Below, piece by piece: positions 24,516 through 25,540 of a DNA stretch of 25,540 nucleotides. This stretch comes from a virus. Its lineage: Duplodnaviria; Caudoviricetes. A program made the position numbers and the translations under genes. Numbering within the stretch: the stretch's first letter is position 1; every line of letters starts with the position of its first letter. Location of the stretch: IMG/VR virus record IMGVR_UViG_3300049926_000021, positions 1-25,540 of that record. The stretch is one strand, 5' to 3'. A model generated the notes under the pieces. That model ran no database searches, was not told the DNA's origin, and saw only the letters and a program-made list of their open reading frames with translations.

Positions 24516-25057
24516 GAATCGCAACCTGCCTAAAGTGCGGAACTGATTTCCAGTGCTCTCCCTGGGCTCGCGGGAAGTATTGCAGCAAATCCTGCGCATC
24601 AGGTCATAATCGGCGCCACGGGCTATCCGACAACCCTGAGCACCGGACCTGGACCCGCATTCGAGAGCGCTGCAACAATCCAAATCATGGCGACTACGCA
24701 AGGTACGGCGGTCGCGGCATCAAGGTTTGCGAGCGATGGGATAGCTTTGAAAACTTCTTAGCTGACATGGGTCCGCGCAACGGTCTGACCATCGACCGGA
24801 TCGACAATGACGGGGATTACGAGCCTGGCAATTGCCGCTGGGCAACCATGAAAGAGCAGTCCAACAACCGCGGCGGCTACAACTACAGCCCCGAGGATGA
24901 TCAGAAGATCCGCGAGGCTTTGGCCCGCGGCTACAGTTACCGACAGACAGCCGAATATGTTGGCAAGTCTTTTCAATCAGTTTCAGGCCGCATCTATCGG
25001 CTGGGCCTGCATGCAGGACGCCGGACAGTTCAGGAGTCCGTGGAGGAACAATCGTGA
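24512..25057 (+). CDS. HNH-like endonuclease with N-terminal Zn finger and C-terminal HTH
   Basis: CxxC...YCSxxC; [20 protein letters not shown]...[22 protein letters not shown]; C-terminal G.SYRQ.A..VG.S..SV.GRI.RLGL. Confidence 0.8.
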   Translation: MRIATCLKCGTDFQCSPWARGKYCSKSCASGHNRRHGLSDNPEHRTWTRIRERCNNPNHGDYARYGGRGIKVCERWDSFENFLADMGPRNGLTIDRIDNDGDYEPGNCRWATMKEQSNNRGGYNYSPEDDQKIREALARGYSYRQTAEYVGKSFQSVSGRIYRLGLHAGRRTVQESVEEQS

Positions 25058-25284
25058 GCTACAAAGTCGATTGCTACAATTGCGGCGGCGAGGGCGTGAT
25101 CGATGGCGATTGCACCTGCTGGGAAGATTGCTGCTGCTGTGCTGAGCCGGACCCTCCTGACTGCCAAGTCTGCCGGGGGCGCGGATATCTAATTGTTTCC
25201 GAACTTACTGATGACCACTGCGGAGACATTCAGCGCGTGACTGGAGTTGTGGGAAGTCCGGCAGATGAACGCGAGGGCAAATGA
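25054..25284 (+). CDS. Cys-rich 76-aa DnaJ-type zinc-finger-like protein
   Basis: CYNCGGEG...[10 protein letters not shown]...[17 protein letters not shown]; GTG start. Confidence 0.7.
   Translation: MSYKVDCYNCGGEGVIDGDCTCWEDCCCCAEPDPPDCQVCRGRGYLIVSELTDDHCGDIQRVTGVVGSPADEREGK
25257..25284 (+). repeat. Gene-junction direct repeat B, copy 1
   Basis: TCCGGCAGA-TGAA-CGCGAGGGCAAATGA. Confidence 0.8.
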
Positions 25285-25451
25285 GCTTACCGAAAGAAGA
25301 CAGCCGGCCACAGCGAGGGTTCTGGGCGCCTGGCGGCTATTACTGCAAATGCGTTCACTGCGAAGAACAGTTCATCGGCGATAAGCGGGCCGTGGTGTGC
25401 GCCGACTGCGCTTATGCGCCAGACTCTCCGGCAGACCGCGAGGGCAAATGA
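25281..25451 (+). CDS. 56-aa Zn-ribbon protein (not in ORF track)
   Basis: [56 protein letters not shown]. Confidence 0.7.
   Translation: MSLPKEDSRPQRGFWAPGGYYCKCVHCEEQFIGDKRAVVCADCAYAPDSPADREGK
25427..25451 (+). repeat. Gene-junction direct repeat B, copy 2
   Basis: TCCGGCAGA-C-CGCGAGGGCAAATGA; the last 15 bp are identical to 25270-25284. Confidence 0.8.
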
Positions 25452-25537
25452 TCACGCTAAAGAATTGGCTAATGTTCATCGCCATGACCCCTCTACTGCT
25501 TGGGGTAGTTGGCAACGTTTGTAGGGTTGTTTTCTAA
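25448..25537 (+). CDS. Putative 29-aa hydrophobic peptide
   Basis: MITLKNWLMFIAMTPLLLGVVGNVCRVVF. ATGA start overlap and TAATG end overlap. Confidence 0.5.
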   Translation: MITLKNWLMFIAMTPLLLGVVGNVCRVVF

Positions 25538-25540
25538 TGG

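Larger units (their letters stand above)
1..25540. mobile_element. Temperate P22-like phage/prophage (partial; integrase, lysis and tailspike genes are not in the window)
   Basis: Continuous lambdoid gene order covering immunity, recombination, replication, late regulator, packaging, head and ejection modules. Confidence 0.95.

Noticed and set aside
1-25540. CRISPR array, tRNA, DGR/retron, integrase/att site, or GTA cluster
   Set aside because: No regularly spaced repeat-spacer array, cloverleaf, reverse transcriptase or recombinase motifs were seen. The immunity, replication and P22-type head genes indicate a true phage rather than a GTA.

Overview
A ~25.5 kb segment of a temperate, lambdoid-organised, P22-like (podovirus-type) phage or prophage. 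The host is probably a GC-rich alphaproteobacterium; this is inferred from phage-borne GcrA, GapR and DUF6456 homologues and GCTANA-type -10 boxes. On the minus strand (1-19040) are cro, a cII-like gene, GcrA, an N6-adenine methyltransferase, GapR, a replication initiator with an internal iteron origin and a DUF6456/GafZ-like putative late antiterminator. These are followed by terS, terL, portal, scaffold, coat, gp4, gp10, a miniature gp26-position gene and three ejection proteins, the largest with a lytic-transglycosylase-like domain. On the plus strand (19124-25540) are a peptidase-less cI-like repressor, an Erf/YqaJ/NinB recombination module and a chain of translationally coupled small genes whose junctions share direct repeats. 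The most notable features are: (i) a GcrA + methyltransferase + GapR host-cell-cycle-mimic cassette; (ii) a GafZ-like gene upstream of a late promoter with tandem repeats and four intrinsic terminators in the late operon; (iii) repeat-bounded small-gene cassettes; (iv) multi-hairpin structured regions in the early-right operon. All family assignments come from motif recognition and synteny by eye; no database searches were run.
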